From Candidatus Omnitrophota bacterium (GTDB lineage Bacteria; Omnitrophota; Gorgyraeia; Gorgyraeales; Gorgyraeaceae), in the NCBI GenBank assembly GCA_003485765.1, contig DNHS01000035.1, forward strand, positions 127,745-191,744: a DNA stretch of 64,000 nucleotides, read 5' to 3'. Below the pieces are notes generated by a model. It ran no database searches. It was given only the letters and a program-made list of their open reading frames with translations, and was not told the origin of the DNA. Made by a program: the position numbers and the translations under genes. Shown piece after piece: positions 1-10,907 of this stretch (positions are counted from its first letter, which is position 1; every line of letters begins with the position of its first letter).

Positions 1-648
1 ATAGGTGGCATAAAAGCAGAAATACTGAAAAAAGAAAAACTTTATATGTTAGTAGATGCAGGGTTAATAACAGTCAGAATGGGCATACAGAGCGGAAGCG
101 AAAGGGTAAATAGGCAGGTATTTAAAAGGCATTTTTCTAAAGAAAAAAATATTGAGGCGGCTAAAATTTTTAAATTGTTTAAAAATAAGTTAAGGCCGCC
201 TTTTTATGATATTATCTTAGATAACCCTTGGGAAAATAGAGCTGATAAGCTTGCTACTTTGGAACTCTTAAGGGAGTTGCCGCGCCCGTATTTCTTAAAC
301 GTTTTTTCTCTATCCTTTTTTCCAGGCACAGAGCTTTACGAACGCGCATTAAAAGAAGGATTGATTAATGCCTATGACCCATTAAAGCAGTATCATAAAA
401 TCAGGAAAAATTTTTTGAATCTCTTGATGTTGTATACCAGCATATTGAAATTTCCTCGTTCTTTTTACAGAAGATTTCTTGATTCTAAAATGATAAAAGA
501 AGAAAAAAAAGAATACGTATTCTTTTATTATATTTATGTATTTATAAATCTATTTTCTCGTTTATTATCTTACTATACAAACTACAAATTCGTTTTGGCT
601 AAAATCAGAAAAATCGGAAAGGAAATAACTTATGGAATCTCAGATTAA
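1..648 (+). CDS. Radical SAM protein, C-terminal part (5'-truncated by the window edge; probably cobalamin-dependent/class B-like)
   Basis: Frame is open from base 1. MGIQSGSERV and FFPGTELY are typical late radical-SAM barrel motifs. The CxxxCxxC motif would lie upstream of the window. Confidence 0.75.
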   Translation: MGGIKAEILKKEKLYMLVDAGLITVRMGIQSGSERVNRQVFKRHFSKEKNIEAAKIFKLFKNKLRPPFYDIILDNPWENRADKLATLELLRELPRPYFLNVFSLSFFPGTELYERALKEGLINAYDPLKQYHKIRKNFLNLLMLYTSILKFPRSFYRRFLDSKMIKEEKKEYVFFYYIYVFINLFSRLLSYYTNYKFVLAKIRKIGKEITYGISD

Positions 649-1819
649 ATCAAATGATAATGAAATAGATGTATCAGTAGTCATGCCGTGCCTTAATGAA
701 GAGGAAATGATTGGAATATGTATTGAAAAGACTAAAAAGGCATTCAAGGATCATGATATAAAAGGTGAGATTATTGTTTCAGATAATGGCTCAAAAGACA
801 GGTCTGTGGAAATAGCTTTGAATTCAGGCGCAAGAGTTGTGCATCAGCCATTAAGGGGATATGGCAATGCCTATATGAAGGGAATAGAAAGCGCAAAAGG
901 GAAATACGTTGTAATGGGAGATGCAGACAATACTTATGATTTTTCTGAAATTCATAAATTTATAGAGCCTTTAAAAAAAGGCGCAGATATGGTTATGGGA
1001 TCCCGTTTAAAAGGAAAGATACATAAAGGCGCCATGCCTTTTTTGCATAGGTACATAGGCAATCCTGTGCTTTCAGGTATTCTTGAGTTAATGTTTAAGG
1101 CAAAGGTCTCTGATGCTCATTGCGGCATGAGGTCTTTTAGAAGAGAAGTTTTTGATAAATTATGCCTGAAAACACCAGGTATGGAATTTGCGTCTGAGAT
1201 GATAATAAAGGCAGCCAAGGCCAGATTAAAAATAGAGGACATTCCTATAACGTATTATCCTAGGGAGGGAGAGTCGAAACTTAGGACATTTAAAGATGGA
1301 TGGAGACACTTGAGGTTTATGCTGTTACTGAGCCCGGAATATTTATTCATATTACCAGGGATTATTATGTTGTTATTTGGATTGACGTCGCTTATTGCTT
1401 TAATAGGCGGACCTATAGCTATTTTAAATCATAAATTTGATTTACATATGATGATTCTTTCTAGTTTTTTTACGATTTCAGGGCTGCAAGTTTTATCTTT
1501 AGGATTATTTACACAAATATATTCTCATAATCTATTCGCTAGCGACAATAAACTCGTTACGTTTTTTATAAAATGTTTTACATTGGAAAAAGGCATATAT
1601 TCAGGCCTGTTCTTTTTAATGGTAGGTTTTTTATTTTGCGTAAAAGTTTTATATAACTATCTGCATGCCATAACAGGAGATTCTATTTACTACAACGCAA
1701 GATTTGCGGTATTTGGAGTTACTATGATGATAATGGGCTTACAGCTTATATTTTCTTCGTTTTATGTAAGTTTCTTAAACCTAAAAAAGGAACATGAAGA
1801 TTTTAATTATATGTCATGA
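632..1819 (+). CDS. GT2 glycosyltransferase, polyprenol-phosphate-sugar synthase-like, with C-terminal TM helices
   Basis: VVMPCLNEE, DNGSKD, GDADNTYD, GSRLKG, DAHCGMR; four hydrophobic C-terminal segments. Confidence 0.9.
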   Translation: MESQIKSNDNEIDVSVVMPCLNEEEMIGICIEKTKKAFKDHDIKGEIIVSDNGSKDRSVEIALNSGARVVHQPLRGYGNAYMKGIESAKGKYVVMGDADNTYDFSEIHKFIEPLKKGADMVMGSRLKGKIHKGAMPFLHRYIGNPVLSGILELMFKAKVSDAHCGMRSFRREVFDKLCLKTPGMEFASEMIIKAAKARLKIEDIPITYYPREGESKLRTFKDGWRHLRFMLLLSPEYLFILPGIIMLLFGLTSLIALIGGPIAILNHKFDLHMMILSSFFTISGLQVLSLGLFTQIYSHNLFASDNKLVTFFIKCFTLEKGIYSGLFFLMVGFLFCVKVLYNYLHAITGDSIYYNARFAVFGVTMMIMGLQLIFSSFYVSFLNLKKEHEDFNYMS

Positions 1820-2930
1820 GTTTCCTCCTATAGGAGGAGGCGCGGCAAATGCTGCATTTTATATAGCAAGTTACCTTAGAAATAAACAGCATGAGGTAAC
1901 AGTGATTACCTCAAGATTTAAACGGGTCAACCAGGCTGAATATGATTTCAACATAATTTATCTCCCTGTTTTGAGAAAGCATATTGACAGGACATCGCCT
2001 TTGGAATTGATTTCTTTCGCTCTGTCAGGTATTTTTTATAGTTTATTTAATATCAGAAAGTCTAGATACGATATATGCCTTGCTATGCACGGTATACCTA
2101 GCGGATGGGTTGCTTTTGTTATACGCAAGATTTTTGGAATTTCTTATATTGTTTCTCTTCGCGGAGGTGACGTGCCAGGCTTTTTGCCTCAGGAATATGA
2201 TAGGCTTCATAAAAAAGTAAAAATTCTAACCAAACTATATTGGAAAAATGCAAAATCTATTATTGCCAATAGCGAGGGTTTAAAAGAGCTGGCAGATATT
2301 ACTGCGAATACGTTAGATAAAAAGGTAAAGATTGTATCAAATGGTGTTGATTGTCAGGCCTTTAAACCGGATTATTCGTTAAGAGACAATCAGTCCATTA
2401 GGATTATTTACGCTGGAAGAATTACTTTACAAAAGGGATTGGAAGGCTTTATTAAAGCTGTAAAACAAGCTAAGGACAAGATAAAAAATAATTTTAATAT
2501 AAAAATTATAGGCAATGGCTATTTAAAGGCCTATCTTGAAAAGATATCATTTGAATTGTGCGGCAAGGGTATTATAACATTCAGCGATTGGATGGATAAG
2601 AAGAGCCTGATTATGGAATACAAAAAAGCGCATATATTTATTCTTCCGTCATTTTATGAGGGTATGTCAAACTCACTTCTTGAAGCCATGGCATGCGGTT
2701 GTATGGTGATAGCAAGCGATATACCTGGCAATAGAGAGCTTGTTAAAAGATATGAAAATGGTGTTCTTTTTAATCCAAGCGATTCATTGAATTTAGAAGA
2801 GGTATTGATGAATGTTTTAAATAGCGGGCCGGGCACAATAGAAGATATGGGTAAAAAAAGCAGGATAATTGCTGAGAGATTTGATTGGGACAGAGTAACA
2901 GATTTGTATCTTGAAGAGTTCTATGCGTAA
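1794..2930 (+). CDS. GT4 glycosyltransferase
   Basis: EFPPIGGGA N-terminus, PSFYEGMSNSLLEAMACG. Confidence 0.9.
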   Translation: MKILIICHEFPPIGGGAANAAFYIASYLRNKQHEVTVITSRFKRVNQAEYDFNIIYLPVLRKHIDRTSPLELISFALSGIFYSLFNIRKSRYDICLAMHGIPSGWVAFVIRKIFGISYIVSLRGGDVPGFLPQEYDRLHKKVKILTKLYWKNAKSIIANSEGLKELADITANTLDKKVKIVSNGVDCQAFKPDYSLRDNQSIRIIYAGRITLQKGLEGFIKAVKQAKDKIKNNFNIKIIGNGYLKAYLEKISFELCGKGIITFSDWMDKKSLIMEYKKAHIFILPSFYEGMSNSLLEAMACGCMVIASDIPGNRELVKRYENGVLFNPSDSLNLEEVLMNVLNSGPGTIEDMGKKSRIIAERFDWDRVTDLYLEEFYA

Positions 2931-4257
2931 AAAATATCTGATAATTTTTGTTGTGTCAATTTTAATAGCCTTTATTTTCATATATCTTGACAGAGATGCA
3001 AGAAAAATAAAGGCAGATGCAATTATCTATTATACCATAGCAGAAAATATTGTAAGCGGTCATAGCTTTTCTGATAAAATAAACCCTCCATATTCGCCTA
3101 CAATGTCCCGCGAGCCTGTATATCCTTTATTCTTGAGCGTTCTATTTTATTTATTTAACAAAAATATCCTGGCAGTTCAATTTGCTCAAGCCTTGATATA
3201 TGCCTTAACTTGCTTAGTTATGTTGAAAGTTGTTTCTATGTTGTTGAGTGAGGCCAAATATCAGTTTATTATCTCTATGATCATAGCGCTTTTTCCTGTA
3301 ATCCCAAGTTATGTGCCATATATGTTTACCGAAGTTTTGTTTACATTTCTCTTGGCATTATGTGTTTTTTCTATAATAAAAGGTCTAAAACAGGATGGTT
3401 TGAAGTGGTATTTTATTTCAGGTATGCTAATCGGTATTGCTACTTTATGCAGGGCTATATTGATATTATTGCCTGTATTTTTATTGGTTTTAATGTGTGT
3501 GCATTTCTATAAAAAATATAAAAGAATTATCACCCCTGAATTATTCAAGGCGTCTGTTTTACTATTATTTGGATTTGCGCTAGTAGTAATGCCGTGGATG
3601 GCAAGAAATTATTTATTGTTTAATAAGCCATCTATTGCATTAAGAGGTTTTAGCAGTATGTACACAAGGGCCGTAAAAGTGAATTTAAGCAAGGATGAGC
3701 TTAAGATGTATGGAATCTATTGTTTTTCTGAATATTTAGCTGGCAAAGTATATCCACAGCATTACCTTGTTTCTAACGCAGGAGGGTATTTTTATAAACC
3801 AGCGCTTCAAAAAATCAAAGAATATTCAGACAAAGGTATTTCTCAAGAAAAGGCAGATGACATGTTTAAAAAAGAGGTACTGGAGCTGGTCCGAAACCAT
3901 CCAATAAAATTTACTGCTATGGGTTTTTTTGAAATTGTAAAACTCAATTCTTTCTCTCAAGTTTTATTTGTAAATCAGAAGAGCATGGAAGATGCTATTC
4001 TGAACACATATATATTGTTTGCAATAAGAGGTTTTTTAAAATTGCTCGGTTTTTTTATTGTTATCGTAGCTTTTGCAGGAATGATTTCTGTGCATAAACT
4101 CAGGCACGAATGGATGGTTCTATTTTGTGTGATTATGTATTTTAATACGATACATTTTTTTCTTGACTCTGTTGGCAGATACGTTGTTCCGATAATCCCT
4201 TATTATATATTATTTTGTATAGTACAGTTGAGAGGATTAGGACGCAAGGCATTATGA
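2923..4257 (+). CDS. GT-C membrane glycosyltransferase (ArnT/PMT-like)
   Basis: Polytopic; DAIIY, REPVYPLFL, TEVLFTFL, PWMARNY, GRYVVPI. Start placed at ATG 2923. Confidence 0.75.
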   Translation: MRKKYLIIFVVSILIAFIFIYLDRDARKIKADAIIYYTIAENIVSGHSFSDKINPPYSPTMSREPVYPLFLSVLFYLFNKNILAVQFAQALIYALTCLVMLKVVSMLLSEAKYQFIISMIIALFPVIPSYVPYMFTEVLFTFLLALCVFSIIKGLKQDGLKWYFISGMLIGIATLCRAILILLPVFLLVLMCVHFYKKYKRIITPELFKASVLLLFGFALVVMPWMARNYLLFNKPSIALRGFSSMYTRAVKVNLSKDELKMYGIYCFSEYLAGKVYPQHYLVSNAGGYFYKPALQKIKEYSDKGISQEKADDMFKKEVLELVRNHPIKFTAMGFFEIVKLNSFSQVLFVNQKSMEDAILNTYILFAIRGFLKLLGFFIVIVAFAGMISVHKLRHEWMVLFCVIMYFNTIHFFLDSVGRYVVPIIPYYILFCIVQLRGLGRKAL

Positions 4258-5615
4258 TGTTGAAAGAAAAAATTATAAACACTAATAAGCCGGTTATATT
4301 GATGATAGGGGCTGTAATAGCTCTTGCAGTAAATTTTCTACCCTCAGAAGGTATGGTGTTTCCTTTTCTTATTTTTTGTATAGGGCTTTTTATAGGAATG
4401 TTCTTTATTAATTTAATGCCGGAACAAGATAATAAATTTTTAATATCGCTGTTTCTTCTGGCATTTTTGTCAAGGATTTTTGCGTCTCTATTTTTCTTCA
4501 ATGCAGTTTTTTTATATAATGGCAATGGAATGCTTGGAGATGCATGGCCTTTTAGCCAAAGCGGTTATGATGTTCTTCAGATGTGGCTGGCCGGTATCAG
4601 AGACATAAAGACTATTACAGATAATATGATGAAAATAACAGCCAGCGGAAATCTGGGTAGTTATGATTTCTGGAATGCAGTGGTTTATTTTTTTACAGGC
4701 AAAAGCCCTATGTCTGTAATATTTATCAATTGTCTGGCAGGTTCTCTGGCCGTTATATTCATATATTACATTACAAAACAGATGTGCAGTATAAAGGCCG
4801 CTAAAATAGCAGCTATTTTGACCGCTTTTTGGCCTTCAATATTTATGTGGTCAATACAGAATTTAAAGGAATCCTCAAGTATTTTTTTAATAGTATTTTT
4901 AATGTGGGCCATGCTAAATTTAAAGACAAGATTCAGATTTCATTTTATATTTTTGGTGTTTATTTTAAGTTTAGCCCTTAAGGAAATGAGGCTTATCTCA
5001 TTTTTTGTATTTTATATATTGGTAGTTCCATTCGCATTATTTTTATCGATATGCAGGTCTAAAAGGCTGGAATTTATATTTTTAGGCATCTTGATTATAT
5101 TTATTGGGGTTTCATTATTTGAGGTGGTCAAGCTTCAAATAGTAAAGCTTATACCTTTTTTTCCAACCAGAGGCAATATTGAGTTTTTGAAATGGGCATA
5201 TGAGATGAGAACTAACAGGGCTACAGGCGGAACAGCGTTTTTGACTGGTTTAAATTTATCTAACCCATTAAACCTTGTATTTTTTGTGCCAACTGCACTA
5301 TTAATTGCCTGGTTAGCGCCTTTTCCATGGCAGGTGGGGAGCATGTCACAGATAAGCGCTATTCCTGAAATGCTGGTATATTATATGCTCATACCATCTA
5401 TATTTTCAGGTTATAGATTTATAATGAAGCATAGAGTTAGTGAAGGCGGACTATTGATAATAGCCTATATTTTCATAATGATGATTGTCCTGGCATTCAT
5501 AGAAGGCAATATAGGTACTTTATTTAGGCATAGAGCAATGGTTTTGCCTTTTTTATTTGTGTTAATAGGTATAGGGCTGGAGAAAATAACATTTAAAATT
5601 ACAGCGCATGACTAA
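4254..5615 (+). CDS. Polytopic membrane protein, Wzy polymerase or GT-C-like
   Basis: About 11-12 TM segments, LKES motif, APFPWQ, NIGTLFRHR; lies in a glycan operon. Confidence 0.6.
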   Translation: MMLKEKIINTNKPVILMIGAVIALAVNFLPSEGMVFPFLIFCIGLFIGMFFINLMPEQDNKFLISLFLLAFLSRIFASLFFFNAVFLYNGNGMLGDAWPFSQSGYDVLQMWLAGIRDIKTITDNMMKITASGNLGSYDFWNAVVYFFTGKSPMSVIFINCLAGSLAVIFIYYITKQMCSIKAAKIAAILTAFWPSIFMWSIQNLKESSSIFLIVFLMWAMLNLKTRFRFHFIFLVFILSLALKEMRLISFFVFYILVVPFALFLSICRSKRLEFIFLGILIIFIGVSLFEVVKLQIVKLIPFFPTRGNIEFLKWAYEMRTNRATGGTAFLTGLNLSNPLNLVFFVPTALLIAWLAPFPWQVGSMSQISAIPEMLVYYMLIPSIFSGYRFIMKHRVSEGGLLIIAYIFIMMIVLAFIEGNIGTLFRHRAMVLPFLFVLIGIGLEKITFKITAHD

Positions 5616-6816
5616 TCCCATAAAAGCATTGTTTATTTCTTATAATGGCGCATTAGAGCCGTTAATACAGTCTCAGGGCATTCCTTACTTAAAAGGATTA
5701 TCTGATAAAGGCGTAAAATGTTTTTTATTAAGTTTTGAAAAAAGAGAAGAAGGAGCACTTGAGCTTAAAAAAGAATTAGAATGCCATGGAATAAAATGGT
5801 ATCGCCTTAAATATCATAAGAGACCAACCTTACCAGCTACTTTATTTGATATATTATCCGGTATTGTCTCGGGCATGTATATAGCTGTTTCAAAAGATAT
5901 TAATATTGTTCATAGCAGGGCTACTGTTCCGGCTTTAATGGGATATGTAATAGCAAAGCTTACAGGAAAAAAATTTATTTTTGATGTAAGAGGATTGATG
6001 GCAGAGGAATATGCTGACGGAGGCATGTGGAAAAGAGGCAGTCTTTTATATAAAGTTACTTCTCGGATTGAAAAAAAGTTATTAAAGAAGGCGGATTCTT
6101 TAATCGTGATTACTGAAAATATAAAAGAATGTTTAACAAATGATGATAGAAAAAAACAGAATATTACTGTGATACCTTGTTGTGTTGATATAGATAAATT
6201 TAGCGAAGAATGTAATCTAACCAAGACGTTAAAGGAAAAATATAAGCTTTCAGGAAAATTTGTGTTTTTGTATATTGGATCCGTTGGAACATGGTATTTA
6301 TTGGAGGAAATGATAGATTTTTTTATCGCGGCTAAAAGTATAATTAATAACGCGCATTTTTTAATATTGACTCATATTGATAAAGATATGGTTATATCTG
6401 CTTGTAAAAGAAAAAAACTGTCTTTTAATGATGTTACTGTTGATAACGCGGAATTTTCTAATATGCCTTATTATATTAAACTGGCAGATGTTGGAATTTT
6501 TTTCATAAAGCCTTGTTTTTCTAAAAGGTCTTCCTGTCCTACTAAATTTGCAGAATACCTGGTTTGTGGTTTACCGCTTGTAATAAATTCAGGAATAGGC
6601 GATACTGATAAAATAGTGAAAGATTATAAGTTAGGAGTAGTTATTGATAAATTTAATCAAGGCTCATATTTGTCTAATACATATCAGCTATTAGAGTTAA
6701 TGAAAGAGAAAGGGGCTATTTCTAATAGATGCAAGAAAACGGCAAAAGATATTTTTTCTTTAGACATAGGTGTCTCTAAGTATTTCGATGTATATAGGAG
6801 CCTGATATGCAATTAA
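5608..6816 (+). CDS. GT4 glycosyltransferase
   Basis: FDVRGLMAEE, SCPTKFAEYLVCG. Confidence 0.85.
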   Translation: MTNPIKALFISYNGALEPLIQSQGIPYLKGLSDKGVKCFLLSFEKREEGALELKKELECHGIKWYRLKYHKRPTLPATLFDILSGIVSGMYIAVSKDINIVHSRATVPALMGYVIAKLTGKKFIFDVRGLMAEEYADGGMWKRGSLLYKVTSRIEKKLLKKADSLIVITENIKECLTNDDRKKQNITVIPCCVDIDKFSEECNLTKTLKEKYKLSGKFVFLYIGSVGTWYLLEEMIDFFIAAKSIINNAHFLILTHIDKDMVISACKRKKLSFNDVTVDNAEFSNMPYYIKLADVGIFFIKPCFSKRSSCPTKFAEYLVCGLPLVINSGIGDTDKIVKDYKLGVVIDKFNQGSYLSNTYQLLELMKEKGAISNRCKKTAKDIFSLDIGVSKYFDVYRSLICN

Positions 6817-7685
6817 AAGCTATAGTTACCGGCGCGAATGGTATGTTGGGGGATTCGTTTTGCCCTCTTTTAGAAAATAAAGGTTATCATGTTGTTGCTA
6901 CTGATATTATTACAAATGCAAGAATTATTAAACTAGATATAAAAAATTTAGATAAAACAATGAATGTTGTAAAAAGAGAAAAGCCTGGAATTATCTTTCA
7001 TCTTGCCGCTGAAACAGATGTTGATAAATGTGAGTTAAATGAAAAGCATGCTTATGAAACAAATGCTAAGGGAACAGAAAACATAGCCTTATGCTGTAAA
7101 GAGCTGGATATCCCTATGGTTTATATAAGCACAGGATCTGTTTTTGACGGGGAAAAAGAAGATGGATATACAGAGGAAGATGTTGCTGGCCCACCAGTAA
7201 ACATATATGCCAAAAGTAAACTGGAAGGCGAAAAAATAGTAAAATCTTTGCTATCTAAATACTATATTATAAGGGCTGGCTGGATGATAGGAGGTTATAA
7301 TAAAGATAAGAAATTTGTATGGAAGATAGTGGAATTACTAAAAACCAAGAAGGAGATATCAGCAGTTATTGATAAATTTGGGACCCCTACATTTACTAAA
7401 GATTTTTCAAAAGGGATATATGATATTATAACTAAAGGCGAATACGGGCTTTATCACTCTGTAAATAATGGAATATGCACGCGGTTTGACATTGCTAAAA
7501 AGATCATAGAGTACCTAGGTAAAAAAAATATCATATTGAAACCTGTTGATTCAAGAGCTTTTCCTATGCCTGCTCCTCGCCCAAAGTCAGAAGCTCTTAT
7601 TAATCATAAACTATCTTCAATGGGTATGAATAACATGAGGACATGGCAGGAAGCTTTAAAAGAATATATAGAAGAGATTAAATGA
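6807..7685 (+). CDS. rfbD: dTDP-4-dehydrorhamnose reductase (RmlD-like)
   Basis: TGANGMLG, AAETDVDKCE, YAKSKLEGE, PAPRP. Confidence 0.85.
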   Translation: MQLKAIVTGANGMLGDSFCPLLENKGYHVVATDIITNARIIKLDIKNLDKTMNVVKREKPGIIFHLAAETDVDKCELNEKHAYETNAKGTENIALCCKELDIPMVYISTGSVFDGEKEDGYTEEDVAGPPVNIYAKSKLEGEKIVKSLLSKYYIIRAGWMIGGYNKDKKFVWKIVELLKTKKEISAVIDKFGTPTFTKDFSKGIYDIITKGEYGLYHSVNNGICTRFDIAKKIIEYLGKKNIILKPVDSRAFPMPAPRPKSEALINHKLSSMGMNNMRTWQEALKEYIEEIK

Positions 7686-8794
7686 AAATATTATTTATAC
7701 AGCCTTACCCTACTGAAGGCGCAAGTGCCAGGTATAGAGTAGAACAGTATGTGCCTTATCTGGAAAAGAACGGCATTAAATGTGTTATCAGGTCTTTTGT
7801 TTCAACTAAGTTTTATAAGATTTTGTATAAAAAAGAGCTTTATTTCAAAAAAATATTATATTTTATTCAAAGCAGTATTCAAAGGTTTTTTGATATATTT
7901 CTTGCAATAAGATCGGATTTAATATTTATACATCTCGAGGCATTTCCTTTAGGCCCTCCGTTTTTAGAGTATATTTTTGCAAAAGTTTTGCATAAAAAAA
8001 TTATATATGATCTGGATGATGCCATCTATATAGGTAGTACTAGTTCAGCTAATAATTTTTTAAAATATTTAAAATGTCCTTCAAAGATTAAAAAAATAAT
8101 CAAAATTAGCAGCCATGTTATAGCTTGCAATGAATATCTTGCCAATTATGCTGAAAAATATAATAACAATGTAACTGTTATTCATACATCAGTAGATACA
8201 GACAAATTTAAACCAATAAATAGAGAGAAAAAAGAAAATATAGTGATAGGGTGGATAGGGAGTCATAGTACAGCAAAATATCTATCAGAATTAAAAGATG
8301 TTTTTTTTGAACTTAGTGCTAAATATAAATTTACCATAAAGGTTATAGGTGCAGGGGAAGGATGCGATTTTGAGATACTCGGAGTAAATGTAGTTCAACT
8401 TGATTGGAGTCTTAAAGACGAAATCGCTCATTTTCAATCTTTTGATATAGGAGTATATCCTTTACCTGAAGATGAATGGACTAAGGGTAAAACAGGTTTT
8501 AAGACTATTCAGTACATGAGCATTGGTATCCCATGCGTGGTGTCGGATGTAGGCGCGAACAGGGATATAATAAAAGATGGCATAAATGGTTATCTTGCAA
8601 GGACAAAAGAAGAATGGATTGAAAAAATATCTAAGCTAATTGATGATGCTGGGTTGAGAGAAAAAATTGGCTTTGCAGGCCGAAAGACAGCGGAAGAAAG
8701 GTATTCTCTTAAAATAAATATCCCAAAATTTATTAGCATCTTTAAAAGTTTCAGTATTGCAAAGAATGAGAGCAAAAAATACAATTATGATTAA
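7682..8794 (+). CDS. GT4 glycosyltransferase
   Basis: GASARYR, YDLDDA, GWIGS, GKTGFKTIQYM. Confidence 0.85.
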   Translation: MKILFIQPYPTEGASARYRVEQYVPYLEKNGIKCVIRSFVSTKFYKILYKKELYFKKILYFIQSSIQRFFDIFLAIRSDLIFIHLEAFPLGPPFLEYIFAKVLHKKIIYDLDDAIYIGSTSSANNFLKYLKCPSKIKKIIKISSHVIACNEYLANYAEKYNNNVTVIHTSVDTDKFKPINREKKENIVIGWIGSHSTAKYLSELKDVFFELSAKYKFTIKVIGAGEGCDFEILGVNVVQLDWSLKDEIAHFQSFDIGVYPLPEDEWTKGKTGFKTIQYMSIGIPCVVSDVGANRDIIKDGINGYLARTKEEWIEKISKLIDDAGLREKIGFAGRKTAEERYSLKINIPKFISIFKSFSIAKNESKKYNYD

Positions 8795-9782
8795 AAAAAG
8801 ACTTGTAAAAATTATTGCGCCAGTCATTGGGCATTTTATTTCTCTTAGATTGCCTTCTATAATAGCAATAGAAGCAACCAATCGTTGCTTTCTTGATTGC
8901 GTTACATGTCCGATACCTAACCATATGAAAAGACAAAAAGGAGATATGCAGCTTTCAACTTTCAGGACTTTTTTAAGTCAAATAAACTGGAAAGTACATA
9001 AGCTAAGTTGGGCATTTGGCGGCGAACCTCTGTTGAATAAAAATATATGGCAGATGATAAAACTTGCTGCTCTTAAAGGTATCCCTTCTAAAGTTGATAC
9101 CAATGGCATGTTGCTTAATAAATATGAAAATGAAATATTTAATTCGAATCTCAGGGTATTAAATATAGCTTTTGAAGGGCTTTCAAAAGAAAACACAAGT
9201 AGCTTTAGACAGGGCTTCGATCATGAATTGGTTATAAGTAACATCAAAGCAATAAGCCGGAGGAAAAACGCAATAGGCGCAGAATATCCTGTAATAATTC
9301 TCAATTATTTAGTTAGAAAGGATAACGAGGATGATATAGAAAGAACTATAGAATTAGCGCGGGGATGGAAGATAGATGATATAATATTTAAAAGTATTAA
9401 TATAAGCCCCAGCTTATGGCTTTCTCAAAGTCAGATGCAATATCTGGGGAATAAATTTCTTCCGGTAAAAAGGGCTGAACTTAGCCGTTATAAACGGCAA
9501 AATGGACAATGGGTTCCTAAAGAGAATCTAAGCGATTATTGCAGATATCTGATAAATAGTCTGACTGTAACATGGGAGGGCAAAGTGTTGCCATGTTGTT
9601 TTGATTTTGATGCGTCTATGGTAGTAGGAGATATACATAATGAAGATTTAAAATCCATATGGCGTAATGAAAGATTTAGTCTTATCAGAAAAAAAGTTTA
9701 TAGCGGCTCTATCCAAATGTGCAATAACTGTACTTCAGTTTCTTTGCAGAAAAAAGTAAATATAATCAAAAATGAATCTTAG
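8787..9782 (+). CDS. Radical SAM/SPASM-twitch protein
   Basis: CFLDCVTC (CxxxCxxC), GGEPLL, DTNG; C-terminal C..GKVLPCC..C..C. Exact start uncertain (8766 or 8787). Confidence 0.9.
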   Translation: MIKKRLVKIIAPVIGHFISLRLPSIIAIEATNRCFLDCVTCPIPNHMKRQKGDMQLSTFRTFLSQINWKVHKLSWAFGGEPLLNKNIWQMIKLAALKGIPSKVDTNGMLLNKYENEIFNSNLRVLNIAFEGLSKENTSSFRQGFDHELVISNIKAISRRKNAIGAEYPVIILNYLVRKDNEDDIERTIELARGWKIDDIIFKSINISPSLWLSQSQMQYLGNKFLPVKRAELSRYKRQNGQWVPKENLSDYCRYLINSLTVTWEGKVLPCCFDFDASMVVGDIHNEDLKSIWRNERFSLIRKKVYSGSIQMCNNCTSVSLQKKVNIIKNES

Positions 9783-9788
9783 ATATAT

Positions 9789-10907
9789 ATGGAATATCTA
9801 AAAAACAAACATATAGCGTTATTCTTTTCTTATAAGGTATCATTGAATGTATGGGAAGACTTAGGAATGATAACTAGAGAATCCAGAATCTGGGGCATTT
9901 TATGGAAAAATTTTAATAAAGTGTCTTTTATCACATATGGCAATAAAAATGAAGAAGTTTTTGGTAAGCACTTTCCTTCTATAAAATTGCTTAATAATAA
10001 ATGGAATTTAAATCCCGCGACCTATAGTATATTTTTGCCGTTTCTTTATAAGAAGGAGCTCATGAATATAGATTTATATAAAGTAAATCAGGTTAGCGGC
10101 GCTTTGCCTGCTATTATCAGTAAGATTTTATATAAAAAGAAGCTTATTATTCGATGCGGATTTCAGCTGTCTCTTTTTTTAAAAAAACAGAAAGAGAATA
10201 TTATTAAAATATTTTTAGCCTTAGTTTTAGAGAGGATATCTTTTTATATGGCTGATGTTATAATAGTAACGTCTATAAAAGACAGGGAATACATAGGTGC
10301 TTATCACAAGGTAAATTTTCACAAGATAAAAGTAATTTCTAATGGGATAGATACAGAATTATTTAACATATTAGAAGGCATAAAAAAGGAACGCGGTCGG
10401 ATTTTATTTGTAGGAAGGCTTATCAGGCAGAAGAATTTATTTTCTCTATTAGAAGCGGTAAAAGGCCTTAAAGAAATTCATCTTGTTATAATAGGCAAGG
10501 GATATCTTAAAGAGGCATTGGCGCAAAAATCAAAGGAGTATCGAGTAAATGTTACTTTTATAGAGAGAATAAAAAACGAAGAGTTACCCATAGAATATAA
10601 TAGATCAGAACTTTTTATATTACCGTCTTTATTCGAAGGTAACCCCAAGGTTTTATTAGAAGCCATGGCCTGTGGACTGCCTGTAATTTGCACTGATGTC
10701 GATGGCATGAATACTATTGTACAGCATGGAGTTAACGGTATGCTATGTCAGAGCCACGATGAAAGTATGAAAAATTCCATCCTTGAATTGCTCAACAATG
10801 AGGGTTTAAGAAAAAAATTAGGCCAAAATGCAAGGGATACTATAGTGTCAAAGTTCAGTTTAGATATGGTTGCTGAACAAGAGATTTTTTGTTATGAGCA
10901 TTTATAG
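9789..10907 (+). CDS. GT4 glycosyltransferase
   Basis: FVGRLIRQKN, PSLFEGNPKVLLEAMACG. Confidence 0.9.
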   Translation: MEYLKNKHIALFFSYKVSLNVWEDLGMITRESRIWGILWKNFNKVSFITYGNKNEEVFGKHFPSIKLLNNKWNLNPATYSIFLPFLYKKELMNIDLYKVNQVSGALPAIISKILYKKKLIIRCGFQLSLFLKKQKENIIKIFLALVLERISFYMADVIIVTSIKDREYIGAYHKVNFHKIKVISNGIDTELFNILEGIKKERGRILFVGRLIRQKNLFSLLEAVKGLKEIHLVIIGKGYLKEALAQKSKEYRVNVTFIERIKNEELPIEYNRSELFILPSLFEGNPKVLLEAMACGLPVICTDVDGMNTIVQHGVNGMLCQSHDESMKNSILELLNNEGLRKKLGQNARDTIVSKFSLDMVAEQEIFCYEHL